Positions 31,553 to 41,633 are shown, counted from the stretch's first letter. The stretch is 64,000 nucleotides of DNA from an uncultured Holophagales bacterium (GCA_963842525.1 CAWJGT010000023.1:1-64000); one strand, 5' to 3'. The notes: a model not told the origin generated them from the letters alone. Numbers and translations are program-made.

Positions 31553-31781
31553 GGTCACCAACATCTCCAAGCATGGCTTCTGGCTCTTCTTGGACGACAG
31601 AGAGCTCTTCCTGCCCTTCGAGGAGTTCCCGTGGTTCCAGAACGCACCCGTCGGTGCGATCCTCAGGGTCGAGAGGCCCCATCCACATCACCTATACTGG
31701 CCAGACCTCGATGTCGACTTGGCCGTCGATTCCATCGAGAACCTGGGCTTATATCCATTGAAGGCCAAGATGACCGCGTAG
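31512..31781 (+). CDS. DUF2442 family protein (putative antitoxin)
   Basis: EVTNISKHGFWL, FLPFEEFPWF, HLYWPDLDVDL. Confidence 0.88.
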   Translation: MKSGMPGAATSDVEVTNISKHGFWLFLDDRELFLPFEEFPWFQNAPVGAILRVERPHPHHLYWPDLDVDLAVDSIENLGLYPLKAKMTA

Positions 31782-31858
31782 TTGGCCCGCCCCGTGACGA
31801 AAGATACAGCTGACGATCACGATGACCTTCGCCCCGAGCGGGTAGACCGGCGCACGTC

Positions 31859-32263
31859 ATGTACCTCGCCATCGAGCTCGGAATCGGCGTCGTACTGGCC
31901 CTCGCCCTCATCGGCGGGACGAGGAGGCTCCGGCTCGTCGAGCTGCGCGTTTATGGCTGGTTCCTGATCGTCACCGCGGCCTTCTATGTCGTCATGGCGC
32001 TCGTGCGGGGAGCGATCGGCGCACTGCCGCTGGAGCTCAGCGGCCTTGTCCTGTTCGGCCTCCTTGGCATGCTTGGGCTTCGGGGCCGCCCTGCCCTCCT
32101 CGTCATTGGTTGGGCCGGACACGCTCTCTGGGATGTGGCGTTCCATACGGGCGGCCGGGGCGCCTATGTGCCCGAGTGGTATGCAATGCTTTGCGTGGGC
32201 TTCGACCTCCTCCTGGCCGGCTATATCGTTGGGCGGCCCTGGCGGGCCGCAGATGCTTCGTAG
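31859..32263 (+). CDS. Small membrane protein (DUF6010-like)
   Basis: Four to five TM segments, GWAGHALWD, VPEWY..CVGFD. Confidence 0.7.
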   Translation: MYLAIELGIGVVLALALIGGTRRLRLVELRVYGWFLIVTAAFYVVMALVRGAIGALPLELSGLVLFGLLGMLGLRGRPALLVIGWAGHALWDVAFHTGGRGAYVPEWYAMLCVGFDLLLAGYIVGRPWRAADAS

Positions 32264-32597
32264 AGACGCCCCCAGTCCTCTGGCACTGCGGCTCCTGATG
32301 ATTGCTCTGGCCGCATTGCTCCTCGCACCGGCCGCGGGCTGCGCGGAACCGCAGCGGACGGAGGCTCCTGTGGATGTCCTGACCCTGGTCGAACGCTTGG
32401 TGGCGGCGCGTCCGTTCAGCCGCCGGAAGGTGGAAACGCTCACCGGTGTGCCTCTTCGCGAGGACGATCTCCGCTTCGGGCTCGGCCGCTCCTCCGGGCT
32501 TCTAGAGGCTGTGATCATCGACGCCGAGCGATAGGCCGGCCAAGGGCAGACGGCTGCCAACGAGAGCTTCCGCCAACCCTGGCGTTCCCCGCGGAGA

Positions 32598-33057
32598 CTC
32601 GCAGTGGTCCCGCGGGACCAACAGGATTCACCACGGGACCATGGACGTTCCCTGCGGTGGCTCGCAGTGGTCCCGCGGCACCGACAGGAGCCACCACGGG
32701 ACCATGGACGTTCCCTGCGGTGGCTCGCTGTGGTCCCGCGGCACCGGCAGGAGCCACCACGGGACCATGGACGCTCACTGCGGTGGCTCGCAGTGGTCCC
32801 GCGGCACCGGCAGGAGCCACCACGGGACCATGGACGCTCACTGCGGTGACTCGCAGTGGTCCCGCGGCACCGGTAAGGTTCACCACGGGACCATGGACGC
32901 TCCCTGCGGCGACTCGCAGTGGTCCCGCGGCACCGGCAGGAGCCACCACGGGACCATGGACGCTCACTGCGGTGGCTCGCAGTGGTCCCGCGGCACCGGC
33001 AGGAGCCACCACGGGACCATAGACGCTCACTGCGGTGACTCGCAGTGGTCCCGCGGC
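32598..33057. repeat. 63-bp tandem repeat, about 7.3 copies
   Basis: Unit CTCGCAGTGGTCCCGCGGCACCGGCAGGAGCCACCACGGGACCATGGACGCTCACTGCGGTGG at 32598, 32661, 32724, 32787, 32850, 32913, 32976 and 33039 (partial). Confidence 0.95.
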
Positions 33058-33076
33058 GTGCAGCCTCGCTGCCCCC

Positions 33077-33104
33077 AGATCCTTCGCTACGCTCAGGATG
33101 ACAC
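33077..33104. repeat. REP-like element half (AGATCCTTCGCTACGCTCAGGATGACA)
   Basis: ATCCT..GC-TAC-GC..AGGAT hairpin, resembling GTCATCCTGAGCG..GCGAAGGATCT-type repeats. Confidence 0.55.
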
Positions 33105-33236
33105 GACAGGTCTGGTGTCCAGGGACAGACCTTGTCAGCTCGCTAGAAGGCCGCGTTGAAGAGCCGAAATTGAGACATACGCTCCTCGTAAGACAGAGGC
33201 ATGGCGTTCACGATAAGATCTTGCGAAGGTTCATCC

Positions 33237-34028
33237 ATGGCCGAGACCCTGACTTCCGATGCGGCGGCCCCGCGGCGGTTGCGCCTGCTGGCGCTGGTTG
33301 CCGTGACCGCAGTGGCTGCGGCGATCGTGTTTTCCAGGCCTGCGATCCCTCAGGACCCGGCGTACCACCGGTTCGCCGACGGCCGGACGCTGCTGGGGGT
33401 CCCCAACTTCTGGAACGTGGCCTCGAATGCCCCGTTCCTGGTGGTGGGTCTCGTCGGCCTCGTGCGGCTACGCCGGAGGCTTGGCGAGCCGGACGCGCCC
33501 GGCACGAGCGAGAAGGGGGCATGGCTCTCCCTGTTCCTGGGTTTGGCCCTGACCGCCTTCGGCTCTTCCTGGTATCACCTGGCGCCCTCCAATGCCACGC
33601 TGCTCTGGGATCGGCTACCGATGACCCTGGGATTCATGGGGTTCCTGGCCGGCGTGCTCGGCGAACGGATCGGCCGGCGCGCGTACCGGCTGCTGTTCTG
33701 GCCGCTCCTCGGGCTCGGGGTGGCGAGCGTGCTGTACTGGTATGCCAGCGAGATGCAGGGGGCGGGTGATCTCCGCCTCTATGCCCTGGTGCAGTTCTTT
33801 CCCCTCCTCATCATCCCCCTGGTGATGACGCTCTATCAGCCGCGCTACAGCCATGGACGGTGGATCTTCCTGGCCCTCGGCTGCTACGCGGCGTCCAAGG
33901 TGCTGGAGTACTACGACGGACCGATCTACGAAGCCCTGGGCTTCGGCGGCCATGCGCTCAAGCACTTCGCGGCTGCCGCGGGGTGCCTGGCGCTGCTCCA
34001 CATGTTCACTGTCCGGGCGCGGCTCTGA
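33237..34028 (+). CDS. Ceramidase-like (CREST superfamily) membrane protein
   Basis: QDPAYHRFAD, PNFWNVASN, GSSWYH, WDRLPMT, GDLRLYALVQF, GHALKH. Confidence 0.82.
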   Translation: MAETLTSDAAAPRRLRLLALVAVTAVAAAIVFSRPAIPQDPAYHRFADGRTLLGVPNFWNVASNAPFLVVGLVGLVRLRRRLGEPDAPGTSEKGAWLSLFLGLALTAFGSSWYHLAPSNATLLWDRLPMTLGFMGFLAGVLGERIGRRAYRLLFWPLLGLGVASVLYWYASEMQGAGDLRLYALVQFFPLLIIPLVMTLYQPRYSHGRWIFLALGCYAASKVLEYYDGPIYEALGFGGHALKHFAAAAGCLALLHMFTVRARL

Positions 34029-34080
34029 TACCGAGCGAGACGCGGTATCGGACCTGCCACACGCCATGAAAGGATCATCT

Positions 34081-34347
34081 ATGAAGAAGGGTGAACCGGA
34101 CTACGAGGACGATCTTCGCCCCGAATACAAGCGTGAAGAGCTCGGCAAGGGCGTACGGGGGAAGTACTACCAAGCCTATACGAAGGGTAGCAACCTTGTC
34201 CTGCTCAGCCCCGATGTGGCCGCCGCATTCCCCACGGCAGATGCAGTCAATGAGGCCCTACGATCGTTGATCAAGGTCGCTCAGGCGTCAACTCGGCTCA
34301 CTCGAAGCCCCAAAGCCACTCTCAGAAAGGCCGTGGAGCGCCAATAA
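34081..34347 (+). CDS. Orphan BrnA-like antitoxin
   Basis: DDLRPEY, GVRGKY, NLVLLSPDVAAAFPTADAVNEALRSL. Confidence 0.78.
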   Translation: MKKGEPDYEDDLRPEYKREELGKGVRGKYYQAYTKGSNLVLLSPDVAAAFPTADAVNEALRSLIKVAQASTRLTRSPKATLRKAVERQ

Positions 34348-34418
34348 CCCCGCCGATGTCGAGCGGTGGACCGGCTGCACTGGCCCGAAAGTTCGGCCAC
34401 GGAGACTGCTTCTCAAGC

Positions 34419-36006
34419 TCACTGTCCAGGCGCGGCTTCAGGCGTCCGCTCGATCAACCAGGCGGCGCTCAGGGAGGCGAGCAGGGCGAGGCCCGCGGCG
34501 GTCAGCATGACGCCGCGGAAGGCTTTCAGGAAGGAATGGTCCACGGCGGAGCGGACTTGCGTCCTCGCCGTCCTCTCCAAGGCTGGCGGGGATGTCCAGG
34601 GCGGCGAGCTTTTCCTTCTGGTCCTTCACCGCCTGGCGCACCGCGGGCGGTAGAGATGTCGCTGCCAACCGGCGGTCCAGGTCGCGGTCGAAGAGGCCCA
34701 GCATGATGACGCCCAGCACGGCGACGGCAAGGAGTCCGGCGCCTCGCGAGACGGCGTTGTTGATCCCCGAGGCGATCCCGGAGTGGCGGTCTTCGACGGA
34801 GCCCATGACCGTCGCGGTGAGCGGCGCCACGCTGAGGGCCATGCCCAGCCCCAGGACCAGGACCGCGGGGAAGAACGTCGTCCAGTAGCTGCCACCCAGG
34901 CCCGGCACGGCGAACAGGGCGAACCCGACGGCGGCGATGGCCGGGCCGACGATCAGGGGGAGCCGGGCACCGTAGCGGTCGATCAGCCCGCCGGACCAGC
35001 GGGACAGCAGGAACAACAGGAGGACGAACGGGAGCAGAGCGGCGCCAGCGGCCAGGGCCGAATAGCCGCGGACCTGGATCAGGAGGAACGGCACGAAGAA
35101 CAGCGAGCCTCCCAGGGCGGCGTAGAGCCACAGGGTCAGGAGGTTCGCGCCGGCGAACGTCCGTGAGCGGAAGAGGGAGAGGGGCATCATGGGAGCCCGC
35201 GATCGGGACTCGACGAACAGGAACGCCGCGAGAGCGAGCGCGCCGAGGATCAGCGCCCCCGGCACCAGCGGGTGACCCCAGCCCAGGCGCGACGATTCGA
35301 TGAGCCCGAAGGTCACTCCTCCGAGCCCGAGGACCACGAGGAAGGCGCCGGCCAGGTCGAGCCCAGGCGGGGCCTGCGGGTCCCGGCTCTCCGGCACGAA
35401 CCGGAGGCCGATGACGAGCACCGCCAGGGCCAGCGGAAGGTTGATGAAGAACACCCACCGCCACGAGGCGTGATCGACGAGCCAGCCTCCCAGCAGAGGA
35501 CCCGCGGCCGTGGTGATGGCGCTGAAGCCGGACCACGTGCCGATGGCCCGCCGCCGCCGCGACTCGTCGAAGGAAGCTGAGAGAAGAGCGAGGCTCCCGG
35601 GCACCAGGAGGGCCGCGGCGATCCCCTGGACCGCCCGCGCGGAAATAAGCTGCTGCGGGCTCGCCGCGAAGCCGCACCACGCCGAGGCGAGGGCGAATCC
35701 GGTAACCCCGAGGAGGAAGACCCGGCGCCGGCCGAAGCGGTCGCCCAGGGACCCTCCCACCAGGAGCAGGGACGCGAGGAGGAGGGCGTACGCCTCCACC
35801 ACCCACTGGACCTCAGTCACGGTGGCGCCGAGGTCCGCCTGCAAGGCCGGCAGCGCCACGTTCACCGCCGTGCCGTCGATAAATGCCATGCTGGAGGCGA
35901 GGATCGTGGCGGCCAGCACCCACGGGCCCGCCGCACGCTCACAGGGAACCCCGTCCTTCCCCGCAAGGACCACTCCCTCGTCGCACGGCGCTTTCAGGGC
36001 TTGCAT
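34419..36006 (-). CDS. DHA2-type MFS transporter (frameshift near the C-terminus)
   Basis: [48 protein letters not shown]. Confidence 0.9.
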
Positions 36007-36056
36007 TGGGCAATTCTAAGAGGGTGTTTGGAACTCTGCTAGAGGCGTCGCTTTGG

Positions 36057-36200
36057 TCCCTCACCCCCGCCCCCTCTCCCATCCGCCCTCCCTTCCCCCG
36101 GGAGAGGGGAGAAATGCATGATCAGGAAGCTCCTGGGTGGGGGCTCCCCTCTCCCGGGCGGGTGTGAGTGCGGATGGGAGAGGGGTCGGGGGTGAGGGAC
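36057..36200. repeat. Inverted pair of REP-like elements
   Basis: TCCCTCACCCCCGCCCCCTCTCCCATCCG...GGGAGAGGGG and its reverse copy ending GGGGGTGAGGGAC. Confidence 0.75.
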
Positions 36201-36278
36201 CAGGGCTCGCGCAGGAATTTCCAGACACCCACTATGCCGCGGACCCTGCTCCGGCGCCGTTCACCTGGGGGGGTGACG

Positions 36279-37970
36279 CTACCGCGGCACCCGCGCGAAC
36301 CGCAGGTCCCGCACCCGGCCGAGGCCAAGGCTGAGCCCGGTCACCTTGCCATCCGGACCGCGCTGGAAGCGCACGATCCAGCCGCTGGCGGCCACGAAGG
36401 CGTCGGGGTAGGACGGCGTGAGCAGGAGCTTCAGGTCCGGCCGGGAGCGGAGCTCGAGCTTCCCCTCCTCCAGCACGACGCGGTAGGCGGCCTCGGCTTC
36501 GTCGCTCTCGTACTCTCCGGCGTACTCGGCAAGCTGGGCCGGGGTGGGCGCAAACTCGTCGACCGGCTCGAAGCGGACGACATCCCCGTTCGGATACTGG
36601 ATCCGCATCACCACCCGTCCGCTGCCGGGGGTGTCGTCGAAGGTGACCTCGACTCCGCTGTCGATGTGGAACTGCGTATCGGAGAGCGGCGTCAGGCCCA
36701 TTCCCCCCCTCGTGCGGAGGCGGCCTTCGGTCACCTGGAGCCGTAACGACTCCCCGGTGCGCTCGTTACGATAGAGCCCGGCCCGGGCCGCGAGCCTCTC
36801 CGGAGCCAGCTCAATCTTTGCGACGGGTGCGACGGGTGCGACGGGCGCAACGGCTGGAGCGGGAGCCGGCTTCGGCTGCCCCGCTAGGAACAGGTCGACG
36901 ACCTTGTACCCGAGCTCGCTCGGATCGGTGTCTCCCGCGTTGCAGAGGACCGCCACCGAAAGCCGCTGCTCGGGATACCTGGCCAGGAAGGACCGGTAGC
37001 CGGCCGTGGCGCCGTCGTGGCTGACCTCCGGGACTCCCTTGTAGGTGCCGATGAACAGGCCGCGGGCATACTCGATCTCCCGCCCGTCGTTCAGCCGGCC
37101 GCGCTTCTGGAGCTCCTGGCCCAGGCCCGGGCCCCCGACCTTGCCGTGCACGAAGCTCTCGTTCCAGAGGAGCAGGTCGCCGACCGTGGTCAGGAGGCCG
37201 CCGTTGCCGAACACCTTCTCGAAGGGCATGTCGCTGTGGAAGCCGTCCTCTTCGCGGTCGTAGGCGATGGCGCGCCCCTTGACCACGCGGGAGAAGTCGT
37301 CGCGCCACTGGGTGTGCGTCATGCCCAACGGCGCAAAGAGGTTCTGCCGGCAGAAGCCCTGGAACGTCTGGCCGCTGACCCGCTCCGCGAGCATGACGAG
37401 GAGGTTGTAGCCGGTGTTGGTATAGGAGTACTCGGCTCCCGGGGCGTGGTTGAGGGCCTTCTGCCGTGCGGCGATCTCCAGCACGTGGGCATGGGTATGG
37501 ATGCGGGTCCCCCGCGGCCAGCCGGCGATGCCGGCCAGCGCGCCCCAGTCGCGCAGGCCGCTGGTGTGATGGAGCAGGTGCTCGACGGTGATCGGGGTCC
37601 CATAGTCTGGCATCTCGGGGAAGTGCTTGCGGATGTCGTCCTGGAGCGCCAGCTTGCCCTGCCGGGCCAGGAGCGTCACCGCCGCGGCGGTGAATTGCTT
37701 GGACACCGACCCGGCCTCGAAGACGCTGTCGGGCGTGAGAGGCACGTCGTGCTCCAGGTCCGCCATGCCGTAGGCGCGTGAGACGACGGTCCGGCCGTCC
37801 TGGCCGACCGCCACGGCGCAGCCGGGCGCCTCCCGCGAGCTGAAGGCGGCAAAGATCTCGTCCACCCGGGCGGCAGGGTCCGCCGCGTTGGGCGCAACCG
37901 CCTGGCTCCAGGCGAGGGCAGGGAGGAGAAGGAGAACGAGGGACGTGGAAAGAGCACGCAGGTTTCTCAT
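36279..37970 (-). CDS. Secreted class C beta-lactamase-like serine hydrolase
   Basis: Signal peptide, GSVSKQF (SxxK), LLHHTSG, YSYTNTGY, HDGATAGY. Confidence 0.9.
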   Translation of the reverse strand: MRNLRALSTSLVLLLLPALAWSQAVAPNAADPAARVDEIFAAFSSREAPGCAVAVGQDGRTVVSRAYGMADLEHDVPLTPDSVFEAGSVSKQFTAAAVTLLARQGKLALQDDIRKHFPEMPDYGTPITVEHLLHHTSGLRDWGALAGIAGWPRGTRIHTHAHVLEIAARQKALNHAPGAEYSYTNTGYNLLVMLAERVSGQTFQGFCRQNLFAPLGMTHTQWRDDFSRVVKGRAIAYDREEDGFHSDMPFEKVFGNGGLLTTVGDLLLWNESFVHGKVGGPGLGQELQKRGRLNDGREIEYARGLFIGTYKGVPEVSHDGATAGYRSFLARYPEQRLSVAVLCNAGDTDPSELGYKVVDLFLAGQPKPAPAPAVAPVAPVAPVAKIELAPERLAARAGLYRNERTGESLRLQVTEGRLRTRGGMGLTPLSDTQFHIDSGVEVTFDDTPGSGRVVMRIQYPNGDVVRFEPVDEFAPTPAQLAEYAGEYESDEAEAAYRVVLEEGKLELRSRPDLKLLLTPSYPDAFVAASGWIVRFQRGPDGKVTGLSLGLGRVRDLRFARVPR

Positions 37971-38044
37971 CGGCTGGACCTCGAAAGGCGCCAGTCTACA
38001 TCGGCGCCGACCCGCTAGACTACCGGCGCCTGTCGGTCCGGGGG

Positions 38045-38073
38045 TTGACAGTCCGGCACTAATTTGTTATTCT
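38045..38073 (+). promoter_or_regulatory. sigma70 promoter
   Basis: TTGACA-N17-TATTCT about 235 nt upstream of the S8 peptidase. Confidence 0.7.
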
Positions 38074-38308
38074 GTACGTCCCTTTTCTCGAAGCGGGCGA
38101 GCGGGGCACGGTCCGTAAAGTAGGGTGTCCGGGTTTTTTCGTAGGCCTCTTGTCTCATCCATGAAGTCACACACTCCCGTGAGGCCGGGTGGCACCCCTG
38201 TGTCCCGTCTCCCGAGCGCTGTAGCACTTTGGAGCTGCGGTACCTTCGAGAGGTCCGTCAAACTTCTTCCCACATTCGGATCCGGTAGATCCGAAGAGAG
38301 GAGACTCG

Positions 38309-40894
38309 ATGAAACGATTGCTGTCGCAGTGTGCCCTGTTCACCGTGCTCGTCTGTCCCGCGGCGGCGTGGGCCCAGGCCCAGCCCGTGGAGCCTCTTGA
38401 GCCGGCGCCCGCCGCCTCGATGGAACCTGTCGAAGACGGTGTCTCCACCTGGTTCGTGGAGCTGCAGGGAAAGCCAAAGTCCAAGGGCGGATCGGCCGCC
38501 AGCCTGTCGCAGGAGAAGCAGGCCTTCCGGGCCGCCGCCCAGGAGGCGGGGGTAACCTTCCAGGAGCGCTACAGCTACGACGGTCTCTGGAACGGCGTCT
38601 CGGTGCGGGTGAGCGAGGTCGGGCTGGCCAAGCTGTCGCGGCTCCCCGAGGTCAAGAACCTCTACCCGGTCGTGGACATCGCGGTGCCGGAGCCCGAGCC
38701 GGGGGAGGGGGCCGATCTCGTCACGGCGCTCGCCCAGACGCAGGCCAACATTGCCCAGAGCGGCCTGGGCCTGACCGGCCAGGGAGTCATCGTGGCGATC
38801 ATGGACACCGGCGTCGACTACGATCACCCGGACCTGGGAGGCTGCTTCGGTCCCGGTTGCCGGGTCGAGGCGGGCTTTGACCTCGTCGGCGACGCCTACG
38901 ACAGCAGCACGAACCCGGTGCAGGTCCCGGATCCCTTCCCGGATGACTGCAACGGCCACGGTTCGCACGTGGCGGGCATCGTCGGTGCCAACGGCGGCAT
39001 CAAAGGCGTGGCGCCGGGGGTGAAGCTCCACGCTTATCGTGTCTTCGGCTGCGGCGGCACGACCAGCGCCGATGTCATGGTCGCCGCGATGGAAATGGTC
39101 CTCGCGGGCGGAGCCGATGTGCTCAACATGAGCATCGGCGCCGCCTTCCAGTGGCCGCAGTACCCCACCGCCGTGGCCTCGGACAATCTCGTCGACGCGG
39201 GCGTGGTGGTCGTGACCTCGGCCGGCAACAACGGCGCCAACGGCATGTATGCGACCGGTGCCCCCGGCGTCGGCGGCAAGGTGATCGCCACCGCCAACTT
39301 CCAGAACACCCACATCAATTTCCCGGCCTTCACCGTCTCGGCCGACAACTCCGCGGTCGCCTACAACGCCGCAGCAGGCGCTCCTTTGACGCCGGTCTTG
39401 GGCACCTATCCGCTGGCCCGCACGGGCACCACCGCCTCGCTGGACGACGCCTGTAACGCAGTGGCGCCGCCTCTCGGCAGCCTGACCGGCAAGATCGCTC
39501 TCATCCGCCGCTTCGGCTGCCCTTTCAATGAGAAGGTCGCCAACGCCCAGAACGCGGGTGCGATCGGCGTCGTGCTCTACAACAACATTCCGGGTGCTCT
39601 GAATCCGAACGCGGCCGGCGCGGTTCCGGTCACGGTTCCGGTGGTGGGGATCAGCGACACGGACGGCGCCCTGATCAACGGACGCATCGCCGCCGGTGCG
39701 ACCACCCTGACCTGGACCCCCAATTCGGTGAGCATTCCGAACCCGCTCGCCAACCGCATCTCGGCCAGCAGCTCGTGGGGCGTCGCCCCCGACCTCACGC
39801 TGAAGCCGGACATCGGCGCGCCGGGCGGCAATATCCGCTCCACCATCCCGGTCGAGATCGGCAGCTATGGCCTTCTGAGCGGCACCTCGATGGCGTCGCC
39901 CCACGTGGCCGGCGCGGTGGCCCTGCTGCTGGAGGCCCATCCGGGCATGACGCCCGCGGCGGTGCAAGCGCTCCTCCAGAACTATGCCGTGCCGCAGCTC
40001 TGGACCGGCAACCCCGCCCTGGGCTTCCTCGACATGACGCACCGGCAGGGCGGCGGCATGCTGCGGATCGCCGATGCCATCAACGCCACCGTGTCCGTCC
40101 AGCCCGGTGAGCTCGCGCTCGGCGAAAGCCAAGCCGGTCCGGCCACCCGGACGCTGACGGTCCACAACTCCGGCAGCTCGCCGGTCACTCTCGACCTGTC
40201 GCACACGCCGGCGCTGGCGACGAACGGCACCTTCACCATCAGCAGTTTCAACGCCCCCGCGACGGTCACCTGGAGCGCTCCGACGCTCACGGTGCCTGCC
40301 GGCGGCACGGCCAGCGTCAACGCGACGATCACGGTGAACGCGGGCCTGCTCGACAAGAGCCTCTACGGCGGCTACCTGGTCCTGACCCCGCAGGGCGGCG
40401 GCCGCGCGGTGCGCGTGCCCTATGTCGGGTTCAAGGGCGACTATCAGTCGATCCAGGTCCTGGTGCCGACGGTGAACGGCTTCCCCTGGCTGGCCAAGCT
40501 GGACTCCGGCGGCAACCTGGTCAACCAGCCGGCCGGCGCGACCTACACGCTCCAGGGAGACGATGTTCCGTTCTTCGTGGTGCACTTCGACCACCAGGTC
40601 CAGCATCTGGAGATGAAGATCCTCGAGGCGGGCTCGGGCAATCCGGTCCATCCGGTGTTCCACTTCGCCTTGAAGGACGACTACCTGCCGCGCAACAGCG
40701 GCGCCGCCACCTTCTTCGCCTTCACTTGGGATGGCACGCGGCTGCACAGCAACGGCAACAAGAACAAGACCAAGGAGGTCCCCGACGGTCAGTACCTGAT
40801 CGTCCTCCGGGTCCTCAAGGCGCTCGGCGACGCGAACAACCCGGCGCACTGGGAGTCCTGGACCTCGCCGGTCATCACCCTCGACCGCCCGTAG
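38309..40894 (+). CDS. Secreted subtilisin-like S8 peptidase (Vpr-like; I9, PA and Fn3-like domains)
   Basis: AIMDTGVDY, NGHGSHVAG, SAGN, KPDIGAPG, SGTSMASPHVAG catalytic triad. Confidence 0.95.
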   Translation: MKRLLSQCALFTVLVCPAAAWAQAQPVEPLEPAPAASMEPVEDGVSTWFVELQGKPKSKGGSAASLSQEKQAFRAAAQEAGVTFQERYSYDGLWNGVSVRVSEVGLAKLSRLPEVKNLYPVVDIAVPEPEPGEGADLVTALAQTQANIAQSGLGLTGQGVIVAIMDTGVDYDHPDLGGCFGPGCRVEAGFDLVGDAYDSSTNPVQVPDPFPDDCNGHGSHVAGIVGANGGIKGVAPGVKLHAYRVFGCGGTTSADVMVAAMEMVLAGGADVLNMSIGAAFQWPQYPTAVASDNLVDAGVVVVTSAGNNGANGMYATGAPGVGGKVIATANFQNTHINFPAFTVSADNSAVAYNAAAGAPLTPVLGTYPLARTGTTASLDDACNAVAPPLGSLTGKIALIRRFGCPFNEKVANAQNAGAIGVVLYNNIPGALNPNAAGAVPVTVPVVGISDTDGALINGRIAAGATTLTWTPNSVSIPNPLANRISASSSWGVAPDLTLKPDIGAPGGNIRSTIPVEIGSYGLLSGTSMASPHVAGAVALLLEAHPGMTPAAVQALLQNYAVPQLWTGNPALGFLDMTHRQGGGMLRIADAINATVSVQPGELALGESQAGPATRTLTVHNSGSSPVTLDLSHTPALATNGTFTISSFNAPATVTWSAPTLTVPAGGTASVNATITVNAGLLDKSLYGGYLVLTPQGGGRAVRVPYVGFKGDYQSIQVLVPTVNGFPWLAKLDSGGNLVNQPAGATYTLQGDDVPFFVVHFDHQVQHLEMKILEAGSGNPVHPVFHFALKDDYLPRNSGAATFFAFTWDGTRLHSNGNKNKTKEVPDGQYLIVLRVLKALGDANNPAHWESWTSPVITLDRP

Positions 40895-41079
40895 CCCCCC
40901 CCTCCCCCTGCCCCCCTCCCCCGCAGAGCGGGAGAGGGGGAGCTGAATCCAAGAAACATCGCGGGCCGGTGGGATCTCCCACCGGTCCCTTTCTTTTTTG
41001 GCAGGGAGGGGGCGCCCCTCTCCCGCTCGGGGCGGGAGGCGGGGAGGCCGCGCGGGGGAGAGGTCGGGGGAGGGGGCCC
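40895..41079. repeat. Two REP-like elements flanking a terminator
   Basis: CCCCCTCCCC...GGGAGAGGGGG (40895-40941) and CCCCTCTCCC...GGGGAGAGG...GGGGAGGGGG (41006-41079). Confidence 0.65.
40963..40999 (+). terminator. Intrinsic terminator of the S8 gene
   Basis: GGGCCGGTGGG-ATCT-CCCACCGGTCC followed by a T-rich tail. Confidence 0.75.
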
Positions 41080-41523
41080 CTACGACAGCGGCGCGGACGG
41101 TGCCGTGCCGCGGTCGACCTCGGGGGGAAGGACGACATCGCCCTGGGCGGCGTTGGCCTCCTGGCGGAGCGCTTCCAGCTCGCGCAGGTGCTCCTTCTGC
41201 GCGCCCACCACCTTGAGGAAGACGTCGGCCACGTGCTCGTCCACGTCGCGGATCATCCGCGGGTAGAGGGCGTCGATCTCGTACCGCTCCTCGGCGATGG
41301 CGTCGCCCAGGTTGGCATCCAGGGAACGGACCTGCTCGGCGGCTTCGAGGAGCTCGATGGCGAGCCTGTCCTTGGCGGCGGCCAGGCGCAGCCAGCGCCG
41401 GGCGAGGTTCGGCCGGCCCTCGCGATCGGCATGTTCGGCATAGGCACGGAAGCGGGCGGCGCTGGCGGCCTCCGCGGTGAAGGCCGTCTTCAGGTGCTCC
41501 TGATAACGCGGGATCCTCGACAC
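41080..41523 (-). CDS. Rubrerythrin-like four-helix protein with degenerate metal ligands
   Basis: LKTAFTAEA, RAYAEHADREG, NLGDAIAEERYE..LYP, KEH. Confidence 0.7.
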   Translation of the reverse strand: MSRIPRYQEHLKTAFTAEAASAARFRAYAEHADREGRPNLARRWLRLAAAKDRLAIELLEAAEQVRSLDANLGDAIAEERYEIDALYPRMIRDVDEHVADVFLKVVGAQKEHLRELEALRQEANAAQGDVVLPPEVDRGTAPSAPLS

Positions 41524-41633
41524 GGTGTCTTCTCCTTCTCGTTCGCGCTAAGATGGCCGGGCGCCCCCGGGCGTGGCAATTCTATGCGAGGGCGGAGAAA
41601 CTTTGCGCCTCCCCCCACGTAACCCCCTTGGCC

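Noticed and set aside
32598-33057. CRISPR array
   Set aside because: Units are near-identical along their whole length with no unique spacers, and there are no cas genes in the window.
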